Shown here: piece by piece, positions 61,467 through 64,000 of the stretch
How the letters are laid out: each line of letters starts with the position of its first letter
Position numbering within the stretch: the first letter of the stretch is position 1
Assembly (NCBI GenBank): GCA_037481835.1
Contig: JBBFKW010000003.1
Location: forward strand, 64,001 to 128,000
From: Desulfosoma sp.
GTDB taxonomy: Bacteria; Desulfobacterota; Syntrophobacteria; Syntrophobacterales; DSM-9756
DNA length: 64,000 nt
Reading direction: 5' to 3'
The notes under the pieces: model-generated
Told to the model about the DNA's origin: nothing
Databases searched by the model: none
The model's input: the letters and a program-made list of their open reading frames with translations, nothing else
Translations under genes and position numbers: made by a program

Positions 61467-61530
61467 GAGATCTCCTTGCGTGGGCGAAAGAGCGCGGGCC
61501 GGACCAGGGATCTTCGGCCCGTGCCGAGGT

Positions 61531-62964
61531 TCACGGCCCCTGAGCGTCTGGGTCGCCGTCCGTGGGACGCCGATTGGGCGACGGCCCAGCCTCTGCCTGC
61601 GAACATTCCCCGACCGCCAGCCGCCCTTTGAGCGAGTGCGCGTAGGCTTCCGTGATTTTCACCGATACGATGCGCCCTTTCAATGCCGCGGAGCCGGAAA
61701 AATTGACGATGCGATTTTGGGGGGTGCGCCCGCTCATCTGGCCTTCTCCGGCCTTGCTTTCCGATTCCACCAAAACGGGGCGGATGCGGCCGACTTCTTC
61801 CCGGTTCTTTTCCAAAGTGATGGACGCCTGCAGCCCCTGCAGCTCGGTCAGGCGCCGCGCCTTCACATCATCGCTCACTTTATCGGGAAAGAGGCGTGCG
61901 GCGGCAAAGGGGCGGTCCGAGTAACGGAAGGAAAAGAGCGTATCGAAGCGCACGGCTCGCATGAGGTCCAAGGTCGCCTGAAAATCCTCTCCGGTTTCTC
62001 CGGGAAAGCCCACCATGACGTCGGCGGAAAGGGCGATTTCCGGGCAGGCGGACCGCAGCAGGTCCACTTTGCGCCGATAGTCTTTCGCCGTGTATCGCCG
62101 ATTCATCCTTTCCAGAACCCGATCGGAACCCGCTTGGAACGGCAGATGGATGTGGGGGCAGAGCTGAGGAATGTCCGCAAAGCATTGGACCAGATCTTCG
62201 GTGAGATCCTTGGGGTGGGACGTGGTGAACCGGATACGGGCCACGTCGGTTTCCCGCGCGATGAGGCGCAGAAGATCCGAAAAGCGCGGTTCGCCTTCCA
62301 GCCCTCTGCCGTAGCTGTTGACGTTCTGTCCCAGAAGAAGGACTTCCTTCGCCCCCTTTTCCACAAGGAGCTGCACTTCCCGGAGAATATCCCATACAGG
62401 GCGGCTCCTTTCACGGCCCCGCACATAGGGCACGATGCAGTAGGTGCAAAAATTGTCACAGCCTTGCATAACCGTGACCGGTGCGACGACGTCCGTGTGC
62501 CACGCGTCGGTTTGGCCGAACAGTTCCCGCCATCCTTCTTCGTCGTGGTCCGGCAGGTGAGCGATCCTCGAGGTTCCATGGCGCGCGGAGTCCACAAGGC
62601 GGGGCAGGGATCCCAGGGCGCGCGTGCCCACCACGAGGTCCACGTAGGGGAACCGCTCCAGCAGGGCGGAACCCAGCTGCTGGGCCACGCAGCCGCCGAC
62701 GACGATGATGAGGGACGGTTTCCTCTGTTTGAGGCGGCGAAGGCGCCCCAGGAGGGAAAAGACCTTCTGTTCGGCCTTTTCCCGGACGGAACACGTGTTG
62801 ATGAAGATGACGTCTGCTTCGGACGGATCCGGGCAGAGGGTGTAGCCGTCCTGGGCGAGCAGGCGCTGCACGCGCAGGGAGTCGTATTCGTTCATCTGGC
62901 AGCCGAAGGTATGCACGAAGAGCCCCAAGGGGCGGGCTGCCTGGGCTAGACCAAGTCCTTCCAT
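61531..62964 (-). CDS. miaB: tRNA-2-methylthio-N6-dimethylallyladenosine synthase
   Basis: TFGCQMNEYDS, NTCSVREKA, GCDNFCTYC, GQNVNSY, VGFPGET, TRAM domain; start approximate. Confidence 0.95.
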   Translation of the reverse strand: MEGLGLAQAARPLGLFVHTFGCQMNEYDSLRVQRLLAQDGYTLCPDPSEADVIFINTCSVREKAEQKVFSLLGRLRRLKQRKPSLIIVVGGCVAQQLGSALLERFPYVDLVVGTRALGSLPRLVDSARHGTSRIAHLPDHDEEGWRELFGQTDAWHTDVVAPVTVMQGCDNFCTYCIVPYVRGRERSRPVWDILREVQLLVEKGAKEVLLLGQNVNSYGRGLEGEPRFSDLLRLIARETDVARIRFTTSHPKDLTEDLVQCFADIPQLCPHIHLPFQAGSDRVLERMNRRYTAKDYRRKVDLLRSACPEIALSADVMVGFPGETGEDFQATLDLMRAVRFDTLFSFRYSDRPFAAARLFPDKVSDDVKARRLTELQGLQASITLEKNREEVGRIRPVLVESESKAGEGQMSGRTPQNRIVNFSGSAALKGRIVSVKITEAYAHSLKGRLAVGECSQAEAGPSPNRRPTDGDPDAQGP

Positions 62965-63749
62965 TCTTTCGACCTGATGTCCTTTTCGCTCAGTCGGATG
63001 TTGGCCAAGGAAAGACGCCGGGCGAGAGTGCCGATGAGTTTCATGGCCAGTTGGGGGTTTTCGGAAACGATGTGTTCGAGGCGCTGAGGGCGAAAGACCT
63101 GGACCAGGCTTTCGCCCAGGCTGGTCACCGTGGCTTGACGGGGCGCCTTGAGGAGGCATGCCATTTCGCCGAAAAAATCCCCCGGCCGGTCGATGCGCCC
63201 GATTTCCACGCCTCTGAGGGTCACGCGAAGGCCGGCATCGCTGGAGACGAGCCGATAGAATTCCTGGCTGTCTTCGCCTTCCCTGATGATGACTTCACCG
63301 TCCCGGTAATGGCGCACTTCCACGTCGCTGGACAGGACAAAGGCTTCTTCCCCGTTGGCGGCGAGGGCCGCATCGGTCAGTTGCCGGAGCAGGGACAGGA
63401 CCAATTCCCGAAAGGCTCTAGGCCGCGTGTACAGGAAGTCGTCAAAGGCTTCGGCATCGTAGACCATGACGCGGCACGGCGTGGACGCTCTGGCGGAAAA
63501 GGGCGATCTTTTCTTGAAAACCATGGCTTCCAGCCCAAAGACATCCTTTTCGCCGAGCACCCGGATCTTGCGGTCTCCCCGAAGGAGGCGCACCCGTCCC
63601 GAGAGAATGACGTAGAAGGCATTCACCGGATCGTTTTCGGCAAGGATGAGCTCCCCTTCCTGATAGGTTCGGGCTTGTCCAGGGTAGGGCTGCGGCCGGC
63701 CGGGGTCGTCCGAGCCGGCGCCCGCGGGTGGAAAGGATTCGTCGGTCAT
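62946..63749 (-). CDS. Tandem cyclic-nucleotide-binding domain protein
   Basis: Two cNMP folds (FYVILSGRV...VFGLEA; IIREGE...FFGEMA...PRQATV). Confidence 0.88.
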   Translation of the reverse strand: MTDESFPPAGAGSDDPGRPQPYPGQARTYQEGELILAENDPVNAFYVILSGRVRLLRGDRKIRVLGEKDVFGLEAMVFKKRSPFSARASTPCRVMVYDAEAFDDFLYTRPRAFRELVLSLLRQLTDAALAANGEEAFVLSSDVEVRHYRDGEVIIREGEDSQEFYRLVSSDAGLRVTLRGVEIGRIDRPGDFFGEMACLLKAPRQATVTSLGESLVQVFRPQRLEHIVSENPQLAMKLIGTLARRLSLANIRLSEKDIRSKEWKDLV

Positions 63750-63847
63750 GGGCTGTCGCCTCGCGTCGTTATGCCTTCTTTGAGCGTGGTTTGTCCGGGA
63801 ATCTTGGGGACGCTTCGGCCCCTTTTCCTCTTAGACGAACGGCCGCC

Positions 63848-64000
63848 TTATTGCAAGGGGCTGCCCTCTTTAAAGAATCGGATCCCCAAGCGCTCCCGTT
63901 CGCCGTGAAGGATATCCATCAGGTCCACTTCGCATCCCGGGGCGACGGCGATGCGCACCTGAGCCAGCTCAGGGTCTTCGGTACTCACAACGCCCAGTCC
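63848..64000 (-). CDS. 3' end of a DUF4911-like small protein (partial)
   Basis: Own translation GLGVVSTEDPELAQVRIAVAPGCEVDLMDIL...EGSPLQ*, stop at 63848. Confidence 0.6.
   Translation of the reverse strand, partial: GLGVVSTEDPELAQVRIAVAPGCEVDLMDILHGERERLGIRFFKEGSPLQ

Overview
GC-rich chromosomal segment whose gene content points to an anaerobic Desulfobacterota (probably Syntrophobacteria-like) bacterium; this taxonomy is inferred, not proven. The left part (0.4-31 kb) is accessory metabolism. It holds (i) a sigma54 activator followed by an uncharacterised operon encoding two divergent class III CoA-transferase subunits, four small proteins (two Cys-rich) and an MBL-hydrolase/TPR protein; (ii) an alcohol-oxidation module (Fe-ADH, glutaredoxin, aldehyde:ferredoxin oxidoreductase) with its own ADH-like protein, sensor kinase and sigma54 regulator; and (iii) a 13-kb membrane cluster (gamma-PGA-hydrolase-like gene, glycosyltransferases, ABC ATPase and permeases including a 1594-aa degenerate M28 peptidase-FtsX fusion, two large polytopic proteins). 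The right part is mostly housekeeping (ROK kinase, moaA, fbp, tsaD, rsmA, panC, panD, metK, ahcY, mltA, M16 peptidase, YcaO-TPR, RNase D, Smr, ade, miaB). Signals absent from the ORF track include a candidate small selenoprotein (in-frame TGA in a U-x-x-C motif, 32718-33005), a pan-motif-like RNA plus terminator upstream of panC, a CTAG-targeting MITE family, and about 10 GTAG-type REP palindromes. No tRNA, rRNA, CRISPR array or intact transposase was seen.
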